Positions 19,507 to 32,546 of a DNA stretch of 64,000 nucleotides are shown piece by piece. This DNA is from Polyangiaceae bacterium (lineage in GTDB: Bacteria; Myxococcota_A; Polyangia; Polyangiales; Polyangiaceae): positions 3,008,001-3,072,000 of the forward strand of contig CBDCTZ010000016.1 of the NCBI GenBank assembly GCA_965222375.1. The letters run 5' to 3'. Position 1 is the first letter of the stretch, and the number at the start of each line of letters is the position of its first letter. The notes beneath the pieces are model-generated. The model was not told the origin of the DNA. It saw nothing but the letters and a program-made list of their open reading frames with translations, and made no database searches. A program made the translations under genes and the position numbers.

Positions 19507-21381
19507 TCAGGGCGCGTCGCCGCTCGACGACTCCAGGGAGACCGGCACTTGAGACTTGGCGTGGGGGCCGAGGATGTTGAACATGCGGAACGGCTTTTCT
19601 TTGCCCTTCAGGGGTTTAGGCGGAAGCTCTTCGTGGGCAAAGTGCTTGCTCACCTGATTGAGCGTGTGCTCGCTCACGAGGATTTGGCCTGGGGTTGCGA
19701 CACCACACAGCCGAGCGCTGGTATTCGCCGTGTCGCCGATCACCGTGTAGGACAAGGCGCGGGAGCTGCCGATATATCCCGCGACGACGGGGCCCGTGTG
19801 CACGCCGATTCCGATGGCTAGCGGCGGGTCATTGTTCTCCATTCGCTTCCGGTTGAAGCGACCCAGGGTCTCCATTTGCTCGATGGCGCAGCTCACCGCG
19901 CGCAACGCGTCGTCGGGGTGGCGAACCGGGGCGCCCCACAACGCCATGATTCCATCGCCCATGAATTTGTCGAGGGTTCCTTCGAATTTGAACACGGTCT
20001 CGACCATGTGCTCAAAGTACTCGTTGAGCATTTCAACGATGCTCTCCGGATTCGCGCCCTCGCTCATCTGAGTGAACCCGCGAATGTCGGAGTTGAAGAT
20101 GGTGCATTCCTGCACCAGCTGGCCGCCCTTCTTCACGTCCAGTTCGCCGGACAGCACCCGCGCCGCAATGTTGGGAGACAGCAGGCGACTGAAGCGCTCG
20201 CGGTTGACGATTTCTTGCTCGATCTTCTTACCCAGAATGTTGATCTCGATGAACATCGCGGCTTGGGCTGCGATGGCAGTGACGATCTCCATGTCTTTGG
20301 GCTGAAACTGCGCCAAGGTTTCGCTGTCCAGCCAGATCACGCCGAGGATCTCCTCGTCGTGAAGCAGTGGGGCCACGATGGCGGAGCTGATCCGGTTCAA
20401 GATCATGCTCTTGCCCTTGGACGTGGCGAAATCCATGGCAGCGTCGTGGGTGAGCACCGTGGCGCGCTCCTTCATCACATGATCCATGATCGTGGACGAC
20501 ACGGTGATGGGTGTTTCGCTGCCATCTCGTCGCAAGCTCGCTCCGGGCACGAGCTCGTTGGCGGCATCTCGCAGGAAAATAACCCCGCGATCTGCCCGTA
20601 CGAACTTGAAGATGGTCATCAAGATCTTGTCGAGCAGTGTGCGGAGGTCGCGCTCCATGGCGATCTCCCGCGACAGCTCATGGGACAGTCGGAGGCGCTC
20701 ATAGTCCGCGGATATTTGCCCAGGATTCGAGGCAATCTGGTCGTAGGGTAGGAAGCCTTTCTGCGTCGCCGCTATCTGCGTGCCGATGGCGCGGGATTGG
20801 TCGTTGACGTCGACCCGCGTCGAGTTCAGTGGCGTGATTCCTGCGCCCTCGGGATCGTCCAGGGTTGGCGTTCGGGTTGGCGCTGGTTGCGCTGCCTCAT
20901 AGGGTGCCTGTGGTTGCCCAGGCGCAGCCGATGGCGTTTGAGGAACGGGAGGCACGGCCTGCACGCCATCCCCCGCCACCGTGGATGGAGGTGCACTCAC
21001 CGGACGTTGCAGGGATTGCGGTGGCACGACGCCCGGCTGCCACGCAGGCGGTTCAGCGCTCGACCCCGCTGGGGGCGGTGGGGCAACAGGCTTGCCGGTG
21101 CCGTCGTCGAACCGTCCGCGGGTGCTGCCAAGGGAGATGTCGTCTCCATGGCTCAAGCCCTTCTCGCCGTTGACGCGCTCGCCGTTGATGTAAGTACCGT
21201 TCAGACTGCCTAGGTCACGTAAGACGTATTCGGTGCCTCGCAGCTCGACGATGCAGTGCTCTTTGGACACAATCTTGTCGAGCAACTGGATCGTGTTGCT
21301 GGGGTGCCGCCCCAGGGTGTTGAACGCCCGAAGCTCGACAACCTGCTGACCCTCTGGAGTCGCGAGCAGTATTCGAGCCAT
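19507..21381 (-). CDS. FHA-GAF-class III adenylate cyclase
   Basis: FHA (LGR..SKEH..DLGSLNGT), Pro-rich linker, GAF, cyclase SDIRGFT/DKFMGDGIM/YTVIGDTANTSARL (Lys suggests ATP specificity). Confidence 0.92.
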   Translation of the reverse strand: MARILLATPEGQQVVELRAFNTLGRHPSNTIQLLDKIVSKEHCIVELRGTEYVLRDLGSLNGTYINGERVNGEKGLSHGDDISLGSTRGRFDDGTGKPVAPPPPAGSSAEPPAWQPGVVPPQSLQRPVSAPPSTVAGDGVQAVPPVPQTPSAAPGQPQAPYEAAQPAPTRTPTLDDPEGAGITPLNSTRVDVNDQSRAIGTQIAATQKGFLPYDQIASNPGQISADYERLRLSHELSREIAMERDLRTLLDKILMTIFKFVRADRGVIFLRDAANELVPGASLRRDGSETPITVSSTIMDHVMKERATVLTHDAAMDFATSKGKSMILNRISSAIVAPLLHDEEILGVIWLDSETLAQFQPKDMEIVTAIAAQAAMFIEINILGKKIEQEIVNRERFSRLLSPNIAARVLSGELDVKKGGQLVQECTIFNSDIRGFTQMSEGANPESIVEMLNEYFEHMVETVFKFEGTLDKFMGDGIMALWGAPVRHPDDALRAVSCAIEQMETLGRFNRKRMENNDPPLAIGIGVHTGPVVAGYIGSSRALSYTVIGDTANTSARLCGVATPGQILVSEHTLNQVSKHFAHEELPPKPLKGKEKPFRMFNILGPHAKSQVPVSLESSSGDAP

Positions 21382-21571
21382 TATGGTTTCGAAGGCTACC
21401 CTCCGCGCCTCGTGGCGACAAGGCCGCAGAACGCCCTCTCCGCGACGGCCGCGAGCCGACAAACTCCGCGTTTTTCCAGCCTCGGGAATAAATCCGAAAG
21501 TTGACCTTTTTGGTGTGGGCCCGAGGGACGGTTCGACCTCCTTGGGCGCCGGGGTCTGATATCCTGCGCGC

Positions 21572-23083
21572 GTGGGAAAGCACCTTCTAGCGATCGATCA
21601 GGGGACGACCGGCTCAACCGCGCTGGTCATGGACACAAAAGGCAGGACTTTGGGTCGCGAGAACCACGAGTTTTCGCAGCACTTCCCCAAGCCAGGCTGG
21701 GTCGAGCACGAACCCGAGGAAATTTGGCAGAGCGTGGTGGATAGCGTCGGCGGGGCCCTGAAAAGCGCGGGTGTGAGCGGGGACGACATCGCCGCCATTG
21801 GCATCACAAACCAGCGGGAAACCACGCTGCTGTGGGACCGGGGCACAGACAAGTCGGTCCATCGGGCCATCGTTTGGCAGGATCGCCGCACCGCTGAGCA
21901 CTGCTCTCAGCTACAGGCGGCAGGGCACGAAGACGCGGTTCGCCGGGCCACCGGGCTCGTCCTCGATCCCTACTTCGCTGGCACCAAGCTGTCCTGGCTT
22001 CTGGAGAACGTGGACGGCGCGCGGGCGCGAGCCCTCGCCGGTGAGCTCGCGTTCGGCACCGTAGATAGCTACTTGGTGTGGCGCCTCGGCGGCGGCGCGG
22101 CTGGGGGCGCGCCCCACGTCACGGATGTCACCAACGCGTCTCGGACGTTGTTGATGGATCTGAAAGAGCGCGTTTGGCACAACGGCATGGCTGAGCTGCT
22201 CGACGTTCCGAGGGGCGTGTTGCCGAAGATTGTGCCTAGTGCAGGGGAGATTGGTCGCACCAAAGGCATGCCAAACTTGCCGGACGGAATCGCGATCGCG
22301 GGTATGGCTGGCGATCAACATGCGGCGTTATTCGGCCAGGCATGTTTCGCCGTCGGCGAGGCCAAATGCACCTACGGCACAGGTGCGTTCGTGTTGGTGA
22401 ACGTGGGCAACCAACCGGTTCAGAGCCGATTTGGGTTGCTGTCGACGGTAGGCTGGCAGATCGGTGACGACGTTGTCTACGCCTTGGAGGGCAGCGCGTT
22501 CATCGCAGGTGCGGCGGTGCAATGGCTACGCGATGGTCTTGGCTTGATCGACAAGGCGAGTGAAATCGAGGCCCTCGCAAAGTCCGTGGAGTCGAGTGAT
22601 GGCGTGCACTTTGTGCCGGCATTGGCGGGGCTAGGCGCCCCATATTGGGATCCCCACGCGCGTGGCACCATCACTGGAATCACTCGCGGGACGACCAAAG
22701 CACACTTGGCTCGTGCGACCTTGGAAGCCCTGGCCTTCGAAGTGAACGATCTGGTACACGCCATGAGCGAAGACCTGAAGAAGCCCGTCAACCGCATGCG
22801 AGTCGACGGTGGTGCGGCCGCCAACAACCTATTGATGGCGATGCAGGCTGACTTTTCGGATCTGGTGGTCGAGAGGCCTACGGACCTCGAATCGACCGCT
22901 CGAGGGGCCGCGATGCTGGCTGGCATCGGCTCAGGGCTACTTCCTGGGCCCAAAGCTGCACAGGGAATGTTGCATCTGGATCGCACGTTTGACCCCGAAA
23001 TTGCCGAGAAAGAAAGGGAAGCGAGGCTCTCGGGCTGGCGTGACGCAGTGCGTCGCGCGAGAACGGATCTGGGCGTCAGCTGA
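21572..23083 (+). CDS. glpK: Glycerol kinase
   Basis: IDQGTTGS, GITNQRETT, TDVTNASRT, KCTYGTG, GLGAPYWD, VDGGA. Confidence 0.96.
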   Translation: MGKHLLAIDQGTTGSTALVMDTKGRTLGRENHEFSQHFPKPGWVEHEPEEIWQSVVDSVGGALKSAGVSGDDIAAIGITNQRETTLLWDRGTDKSVHRAIVWQDRRTAEHCSQLQAAGHEDAVRRATGLVLDPYFAGTKLSWLLENVDGARARALAGELAFGTVDSYLVWRLGGGAAGGAPHVTDVTNASRTLLMDLKERVWHNGMAELLDVPRGVLPKIVPSAGEIGRTKGMPNLPDGIAIAGMAGDQHAALFGQACFAVGEAKCTYGTGAFVLVNVGNQPVQSRFGLLSTVGWQIGDDVVYALEGSAFIAGAAVQWLRDGLGLIDKASEIEALAKSVESSDGVHFVPALAGLGAPYWDPHARGTITGITRGTTKAHLARATLEALAFEVNDLVHAMSEDLKKPVNRMRVDGGAAANNLLMAMQADFSDLVVERPTDLESTARGAAMLAGIGSGLLPGPKAAQGMLHLDRTFDPEIAEKEREARLSGWRDAVRRARTDLGVS

Positions 23084-23145
23084 GGCTTACCCGATACTAA
23101 GACAGCCGCAGCTTGCAGCGGCCCCATCCCCCCATCTTAAACAAC

Positions 23146-23895
23146 ATGTCGGACTCCGAAGCGGACGGCGGTAGCCGTGACGTACCCGTGGATTGGGAGG
23201 CGCTCGAAGATGCATTCGAGAACAACGCCCCGGAAGTCCACAGCTACTTGCACATAGACACAGGCGAAGTACTGCGTGTGGTGGATGGGATCGCCGATCC
23301 TGAAATGCACGCGCGAATTGCTTCGGATACTTCCTACATGCGCATCGACCCGGTGAGTTCGCGGGAGCAGTATCGATGGATGGAGCGCTTCATCCCAATG
23401 GTGGAGGACAAAGAGCTTGGGGACAAGCTGACTCGCGCGATTGATGGCAAGGGCGCCTTCCGCCGCTTCAAAGATGTACTCATGGCCTACGGCCCGGAAC
23501 GAGAGCGTTGGTTCGCGTTCCGCAGTGAACGGCTGCGCGTCTTCATGGAGGCGTGGCTGTCCACCCACCACTTGACTCCAGTGGCGCGCCCCGCAGCAGC
23601 AGTTCCGGTGACTCCGAAGGATACGCCGCCCATTTCCCAGGAACAGCTCAGCGGTCGCCGTGGTCGCAGCGCCGACGCCCTGCGCACCCAAGTCAAGGAG
23701 TTGGTGGACATTCTCGGCACACGAGACCTGGAAAAGGTCCTCGCCTTTACCGAATTCGTCAAAGCCCGGCGCGCCGCGCGTAGCTTTTCCAATCGCCAAG
23801 AGCTGACCAAAGACGGTGACACGCCGAGTGAAGACGAGGCGTCCACGGATGACGATTCGAATCCGTCGTCCAGTCAACGGGCAAGTCGCGGATGA
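23146..23895 (+). CDS. UPF0158-family protein
   Basis: YLHIDTGEV, SSREQYRWMERF, AIDGKGAFRRFKDVL, ERERWF. Confidence 0.85.
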   Translation: MSDSEADGGSRDVPVDWEALEDAFENNAPEVHSYLHIDTGEVLRVVDGIADPEMHARIASDTSYMRIDPVSSREQYRWMERFIPMVEDKELGDKLTRAIDGKGAFRRFKDVLMAYGPERERWFAFRSERLRVFMEAWLSTHHLTPVARPAAAVPVTPKDTPPISQEQLSGRRGRSADALRTQVKELVDILGTRDLEKVLAFTEFVKARRAARSFSNRQELTKDGDTPSEDEASTDDDSNPSSSQRASRG

Positions 23896-24575
23896 AGCTG
23901 CGGCCCCTTGCCGCATTCCTTGCCCTTGGGGCGCTGCTGCTCTCCGCCGGCGCGCAGGCCGACGGCAGCGACATCGATCGCGTCGTCGTGCGCTTCGCCG
24001 CGCCCGAAACGGGCGGCGTTCAGGCGCCGCGCTTCATCTTCGAACGAGTCTTGGCGTTCGAGGCCCGGCTCGAGGCGCTATCGGACCCGGACCATTCCCG
24101 GAGTGACGAGCGCCCCTATCGGGAGCGTCACATCCGCGCGGCCCTGGAGAGACATGTGGCCGAAACGCTACTGGCTTCACTGCGCATCGATCCGGAGCCC
24201 AGTGCCAAAGATCTGAGCCGGCAAACCGAAGCCGCTCGTCGCATCCTGTACGAGCGAAGTGGTAGCCGACTGGACGTCGACAGGGCGGCGCGAGCCGAAG
24301 GTATTGCGGATCGTGAAATCCTGCGTCTGTTGCGCCGCCGAGCGCGCGCCAGCCTGTACCTCGACCGCATGGTCGCGCCCATGCTCGCCCCGAGCCGTGC
24401 CGAGCTATTGGTGCTGCACAAGACCGCCGACACACCCTTTCGATCACTGCCCTTCGACAAAGCCGAGGCTGCCTTGTCTCGCTGGTACGTTGCTCGACGT
24501 TTGAACGAGGCATTGAGCAACTTCTTTCAAAACGCGCGCTCGCGGGTCGAAATCAAAGTCATTCCCTTGGATTGA
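23892..24575 (+). CDS. Exported hypothetical protein (possibly SurA N-terminal-like)
   Basis: Signal peptide, IDRVVVR; ATGA overlap with the upstream gene. Confidence 0.7.
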   Translation: MKLRPLAAFLALGALLLSAGAQADGSDIDRVVVRFAAPETGGVQAPRFIFERVLAFEARLEALSDPDHSRSDERPYRERHIRAALERHVAETLLASLRIDPEPSAKDLSRQTEAARRILYERSGSRLDVDRAARAEGIADREILRLLRRRARASLYLDRMVAPMLAPSRAELLVLHKTADTPFRSLPFDKAEAALSRWYVARRLNEALSNFFQNARSRVEIKVIPLD

Positions 24576-24798
24576 GCTTGCTGCGACCGCGACGGTCCGT
24601 GACGGGCCTGCGTCCGCCGGAGGCGCGAACCCTTCAGGAATTGCGTAGAGGCGCGCCCGTGCTGGGTCTTCCGCCGGTACCGATCAGGCCAAGCAGCACA
24701 CAGGCGACGGCACGCAACGACAAGGGCGGTAAGATAAAAGCCGGGATCTTAGTGGTCAACGCGAGTGGACACGCGACGATCAAACCCGGAGCCCAGGC

Positions 24799-25623
24799 GT
24801 GAAACGCTACCGTTTGAAACAACGCTTCCTGGCGACGCGCGCACTAGGGTGCATGGCGCTCGCTGCAGCGGTGCCGACCTTGGGGGTTGCGTTGACGCTC
24901 GTGGTCGCTGCGCTGCCCGTGGTGCTGCTGATGTTGCTGTTCGACGGCTCGACAGTCGGCGCCACGCTGACGTTCCTGGTTGCGTTCGTGACTTGGCTTG
25001 CGGCGGCTGGTGCGGTCGCGGTTGGTGCAATGCGCGCAGCCGGTCGAATCCTCCGCCACCGCATTCCTGCCGGATATGTGGCTCTCGGCGACGATGGAGT
25101 GTCTATTCGTCGATTCTGGCGCATGCGCTTCATCCCTTGGCGCGATGTCGCTTCTTTGGGCCAAGACGATTCCAGGCGCTCGGTCTATGTCTTCACGAAG
25201 GATGGTGGCCAGATTGAGCTGCCGGTCGATCACCCTGAAGTGCTGATCGAGTCTCTACGTCAGGAAGTCGAGCGCTATCGAGAGCGAATACCCACGGAGA
25301 AGCTCAGAATTCTGACGGCGCCAGAAGAGGTGGACGCCAGCTGGATGAAGCGGGCTCGCGGCGCCCTAGAGGCCCAGGGCTATCGCAAAGAGGGGCTACG
25401 GGAAGAGGAGCTGGCGATCATCGCCGAGGACCCGACTCAATCGGCGGATCAGCGGGTGGGAGCGGCGTTGGCTCTGTCCGGCGCGACCGAGGATGCCAAG
25501 CGCCGCGTGAGGGTGGCAGTTCAGGACAGCGTCGAACCCGGGCTCAGCGAAGCCGTCGAGGACGCACTCGAGGACGAATTGAAAGAGCGCGATCTGCGCC
25601 GCTTGTTCGCACAATCCAGCTGA
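24799..25623 (+). CDS. Hypothetical membrane protein
   Basis: Two N-terminal TM segments, then a soluble region. Confidence 0.7.
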   Translation: MKRYRLKQRFLATRALGCMALAAAVPTLGVALTLVVAALPVVLLMLLFDGSTVGATLTFLVAFVTWLAAAGAVAVGAMRAAGRILRHRIPAGYVALGDDGVSIRRFWRMRFIPWRDVASLGQDDSRRSVYVFTKDGGQIELPVDHPEVLIESLRQEVERYRERIPTEKLRILTAPEEVDASWMKRARGALEAQGYRKEGLREEELAIIAEDPTQSADQRVGAALALSGATEDAKRRVRVAVQDSVEPGLSEAVEDALEDELKERDLRRLFAQSS

Positions 25624-25800
25624 CCTCTGCGTTTGGTGGTCGGGACTCGAATAGTGACCCAGAAAAGGACCGGATCCGGGAAGAGGTCGCGGAGGGCGGG
25701 GCGCAAACGGGGCAGGCTAGGTATTGGGGAGGGGTAAATCCGAACAGCCCAACCCCTCGTCCGGGGCCCGATGGCTGCCCAGCTCGCTGGCCCTTCCTGT

Positions 25801-26060
25801 TCAGACAATCCGGAATCTGGCGATCGCGATCGAGGTTGCGCCGGTTTCGTCGAGGACCTGGATCTCGAAGTCGCCTCGTTTCGTGATGTTCCAGGTCTTA
25901 CGCAGCACGTTGTTGTCGGACTTCACGGGTGACGTCTTGGCCGTCATCAGCTTGCGCTCGCCGCCAGAGGTGAAGAACAGCCGCACCAACAGCGCGGAGA
26001 GCCCGAACTCGCCTTCGACCGCCTTCGTGGTGGCGCGCCAGCGTGCGATGGCCTGATCCA
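25801..26060 (-). pseudogene. Probable C-terminal gene fragment (no convincing start)
   Basis: Protein-like tail ..LRKTWNITKRGDFEIQVLDETGATSIAIARFRIV* with typical codon use; upstream frame looks non-coding. Confidence 0.35.
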
Positions 26061-26298
26061 CTTTGGCCGGATCGACCCAACCGCCGCCCGCGAGCAAGCT
26101 GTCGAAATGCGAAGAGCGCCGCCATCTGCCCCAGCCACAAACCCGGGTCCGCCCCCCGCAGCTCCAACGCCAACCGCAACGCCGTCCCGTGGCGGTTGTG
26201 ACGCGTGCTCTGTGGGCATCCCGTGTCGCGAGAACGCACCGCTCGCCTGGCTCGCATTCGCTGCGCTGCTGTGGCGGCGACGCCGAATGCGGTGCTAG
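26060..26298 (+). pseudogene. Orphan MYXO-CTERM tail (gene remnant)
   Basis: Pro linker then GGCDACSVG..LAWLAFAALLWRRRR; no signal peptide or passenger domain. Confidence 0.55.
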
Positions 26299-26419
26299 TT
26301 CGTCCTGCAATCGGCGATCTCTGCGATCGAGAAGGCGGCTCCAGCGAGCCGCGCTACAATGCGCAACCGGCGCACCGACGGGCCGACAAGGGCCGGTCGG
26401 AGGCATCAATGGGGAGAAT

Positions 26420-26837
26420 CATGGCCAAGCTAAAACTCATCAACAACACCGATCGGGACCTTGCCGTCCAGGGAAAGATCCCCACGGACGAAGTCCGCTG
26501 CGTCGAAATCGAGGCCCTGGTCGACACCGGCGCCACGCAGCTCGCCCTCCCTGCGGATGTCGTGGAGCGATTGGGGTTGCCCACCTCGGGGACCCGCAAG
26601 GCCCGCGACGCTCAAGGCGTCGTGATCGATCTGCCCTGGGTTGGCGGCGTGCGCTTGGAGCTACTCGGTCGCGAGATGACCTGTGACGCGCTGGTGGTCC
26701 CCACGGGTGCTACGCCGCTCATCGGCCAAATCGTGCTCGAGCAGCTCGATCTCTTGGTCGACCCGAAGTCGCGGGAGCTACGAGTCAATCCCGAGAGCCC
26801 GGATGTCCCGCTTTTGGACCTGATGCGCGTCGCCTGA
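26420..26837 (+). CDS. Clan AA (retropepsin-like) aspartic protease
   Basis: ALVDTGATQLALP and PLIGQIVLEQLDL motifs. Confidence 0.88.
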
Positions 26838-26923
26838 CGCCATGCTCACAAAAAGCTAACGGCCCGAGAAGTTCGTAGGAGTCCCGGGCCGCTAGGCCGC
26901 AAAGTCTTGCTTGGCGTCCGCGC

Positions 26924-28342
<1,419 letters not shown>

Positions 28343-28451
28343 GATCAGTTCTTCCTTGAGTTTGTGCGGTTCGAAGTGGTGCGCGGAACGCCAAAGCACC
28401 CCTGTTCGGCAGTGGACGGCTTCCCACGCGTGATTGCTCGGGCTGCGTCGA

Positions 28452-30086
<1,635 letters not shown>

Positions 30087-30125
30087 GGCGGATGGAGATC
30101 TAGCGACATGACCTGGATCAATCAA

Positions 30126-30169
30126 GCACTAAATTGCATTTGACTTGAATCAACAAGGAAATATAGTGC
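30126..30169. promoter_or_regulatory. Divergent boxC/boxR control region with inverted GCACTAwATT sites and a sigma70-like promoter for boxR
   Basis: GCACTAAATTGC (30126-37) vs reverse complement of GAAATATAGTGC (30158-69), 10/12 match; TTGACT-N16-TATAGT ends 6 nt before the boxR ATG. Confidence 0.55.
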
Positions 30170-30173
30170 GCAG

Positions 30174-30920
30174 ATGGAACCCCGGGACAGCCTGCTGTCC
30201 GCCCTTGGACGAGCCCTGAAAACCCGCAGAAAAGAGCGGAATCTCACCCTCTCGGAACTCGCGGAGCGCTCCGGCCTCTCGCCTCGCTTCATCGCTCAGG
30301 TCGAGTCAGGACAGGGCAATATCTCCGTCACCCGCCTCGAGAATGTGGCCCAAGCCCTCGGCACGACCGCATCGGATCTGCTCGCCGGTGCCGAGCAGGC
30401 GCCGGACCGAACCCGCGTCATAGCGTTGCTGGGCCTGCGGGGAGCCGGCAAGAGCACCGTCGGCCCACTGCTCGCGGAGCGCCTGGAGGCCGAATTCATC
30501 GAGCTCGATCAACTCATCGAACAACAAGCTGGCATGAGCCTGGGCGAGGTGTTCGAACTTCAGGGCCCGGCGTTTTTCCGCAAGCTGGAGCGCAACGTGC
30601 TGGAGCACCTGCTATCCAACACGCCGCGCGCTGTGCTTGCCACGGGCGGCAGCATCGTCAGCGACACGGACTCCTTCGACCTGCTGCGCCGCGCCACGAC
30701 CACCGTATGGCTCAAGGCGCGCCCAGAAGACCACATGGAGCGCGTGCGCGCTCAGGGTGACGAGCGCCCCATGAAGAACCGCAGCGACGCCATGGCCGAG
30801 CTTCGCGCGCTGCTCAAGGCGCGTTCACCGCTCTACGCCATGGCCGACCATGTCGTCGACACGTCCCTGTTGGGAGTCGATGGGAGCGTGAGCGCTCTCT
30901 TGGGCACCTTGTCTGACTGA
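30174..30920 (+). CDS. boxR: BoxR/BzdR-type regulator (XRE HTH plus shikimate-kinase-like benzoyl-CoA sensor)
   Basis: HTH LAERSGLSPRFIAQVESGQGNIS; P-loop GLRGAGKST; WLKARPEDHMERV; divergent from boxC. Confidence 0.9.
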   Translation: MEPRDSLLSALGRALKTRRKERNLTLSELAERSGLSPRFIAQVESGQGNISVTRLENVAQALGTTASDLLAGAEQAPDRTRVIALLGLRGAGKSTVGPLLAERLEAEFIELDQLIEQQAGMSLGEVFELQGPAFFRKLERNVLEHLLSNTPRAVLATGGSIVSDTDSFDLLRRATTTVWLKARPEDHMERVRAQGDERPMKNRSDAMAELRALLKARSPLYAMADHVVDTSLLGVDGSVSALLGTLSD

Positions 30921-31030
30921 GTCTGGAATTGGGTTTTGGGGGTCGCGGAGATGGGGCGGCGTTGGGCCACTACTCTCGTGCGAGGCCGGGCGGGGGCGTT
31001 CGGCGCGTGGTCGGGCTCGAGTGTGAAGAT

Positions 31031-31087
31031 GGGTACGGGGACGGAAACGGCAACGGAGACGGAGACGGGGACGGAAGCGGCAACGGG
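31031..31087. repeat. Degenerate hexamer tandem repeat (GGnnAC) x9
   Basis: gggtac ggggac ggaaac ggcaac ggagac ggagac ggggac ggaagc ggcaac. Confidence 0.8.
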
Positions 31088-31155
31088 CGTTCCCCGTGCG
31101 CGTCTCCGCGAATTCCCGGGTCGCGCCGCGCGCGTGATCCGGCTACCCTCGGCCC

Positions 31156-31419
31156 ATGGCCACGGAAGAAGAGTTTGAGCAGGCGCAGACGCGGGTGAAG
31201 GGCTTGAAGAAGACTCCTTCGAACGATGAACTCCTGGAGCTGTACGCCTTGTACAAGCAGGCGTCGGTCGGAGATGTCTCGGGCAAGCGCCCGGGCATGC
31301 TCGATCTCAAGGGTCGCGCCAAATACGACGCTTGGGAAAAGCGCCGCGGAACCGACGCCGAGCAGGCGCGCACCCAATACGTCGCGCTGGTCGAGAAGCT
31401 GATCGCCAGCCACGGTTGA
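31156..31419 (+). CDS. Acyl-CoA-binding protein (ACBP)
   Basis: LLELYALYKQASVGD..RPGMLDLKGRAKYDAW. Confidence 0.93.
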   Translation: MATEEEFEQAQTRVKGLKKTPSNDELLELYALYKQASVGDVSGKRPGMLDLKGRAKYDAWEKRRGTDAEQARTQYVALVEKLIASHG

Positions 31420-31597
31420 GAGAACTCTGGAGCGCTCGTCGAGACGACGGCGCCCATTTTTGGGGAGAGCACAGAACATTCGCTTTGCTGGCGAAGGTGG
31501 AACGATCCAACCCGCGGCCGACGCTCGGCGCAAACGACTCGGCGACAAAGGCGCGACCGGCGGAAGCGAATCTCGTTGCCGGGCGTTGGCCCCTTGG

Positions 31598-32545
31598 ATG
31601 GGTCCCTCCGCGGAACAGTTCGAGGGTTGCCTCCTTGGGCTCGCCTTGGGCGACGCTCTCGGTGCGCCGCATGAAGGAGGACCCGTCGAACGCGCGTTGT
31701 GGAGGCTCATCGGGACCACGCGCTCGGGCAGGCGGCGATACACCGATGATACACAGATGTCGTTGGACCTGGCGGAGTCGCTGGTCGAGCGCAAACGGTT
31801 CGACGCAGAAGACGTCGCCATCCGCTTCGCTCGCAGCTACCGATGGAGTCGGGGGTATGGCCCGGGTGCGTCTAGGCTGCTGAAGCGCATTCGTGCCGGC
31901 GTGCCATGGCGGAAGGCGAATCGTTCGGTCTATCCAGCCGGATCATTTGGAAACGGTGGCGCGATGCGCGCGCCCGTCGTGGGTTTGTTCTGCTGGCGCG
32001 ATCGGGACCGGCTGCTCGACGCAGCCCGTCGGTCCGCTGAGATTACGCACGCGCATCCTCTTGGCGTCGAAGGTGCGCTGTCCGTAGCCGCCGCCACGTC
32101 GACAGCTCTGGCCACGCGAGATTGGCGCAGCATTCTCGGAAGCGCCGCAGCGCCCTGCGGGAGTTCCGAGTTCGTGAGACGCTTCTCGACTGCGCGCAAA
32201 TGGCTCGAGGCCAGCGTAGCGCCGCCACCGAATGAAGTTCGTGTCTGTCTTGGAACAGGTATCACCGCCACGGAGTCCTGCGTTACCGCCGTCTATGTCG
32301 GCTTGCGCTTTGTCGAGCGCCCCTTCAGCGATCTGCTGGCGTTCGTTGCGGACTGCGGCGGTGATGTCGACACAGTCGGCGCCATGGCAGGCGCAGTGTG
32401 GGGCGCTTGCAACGGCGCCCGTAACCTTCCCGAGCGTGCCCTCGACTCCCTAGAGGACCGTGAGCGAATTGCGTCTCTCGCTATTTCCCTGCACAGCGTC
32501 GCCAGTCCGGCGAGCACCCCCGGGCTCGACAGCTCGATGGGTTGA
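31598..32545 (+). CDS. ADP-ribosylglycohydrolase (DraG/ARH family)
   Basis: GLALGDALG, YTDDTQM, GNGGAMR, GGDVDTVGAMAG. Confidence 0.93.
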   Translation: MGPSAEQFEGCLLGLALGDALGAPHEGGPVERALWRLIGTTRSGRRRYTDDTQMSLDLAESLVERKRFDAEDVAIRFARSYRWSRGYGPGASRLLKRIRAGVPWRKANRSVYPAGSFGNGGAMRAPVVGLFCWRDRDRLLDAARRSAEITHAHPLGVEGALSVAAATSTALATRDWRSILGSAAAPCGSSEFVRRFSTARKWLEASVAPPPNEVRVCLGTGITATESCVTAVYVGLRFVERPFSDLLAFVADCGGDVDTVGAMAGAVWGACNGARNLPERALDSLEDRERIASLAISLHSVASPASTPGLDSSMG

Positions 32546-32546
32546 T

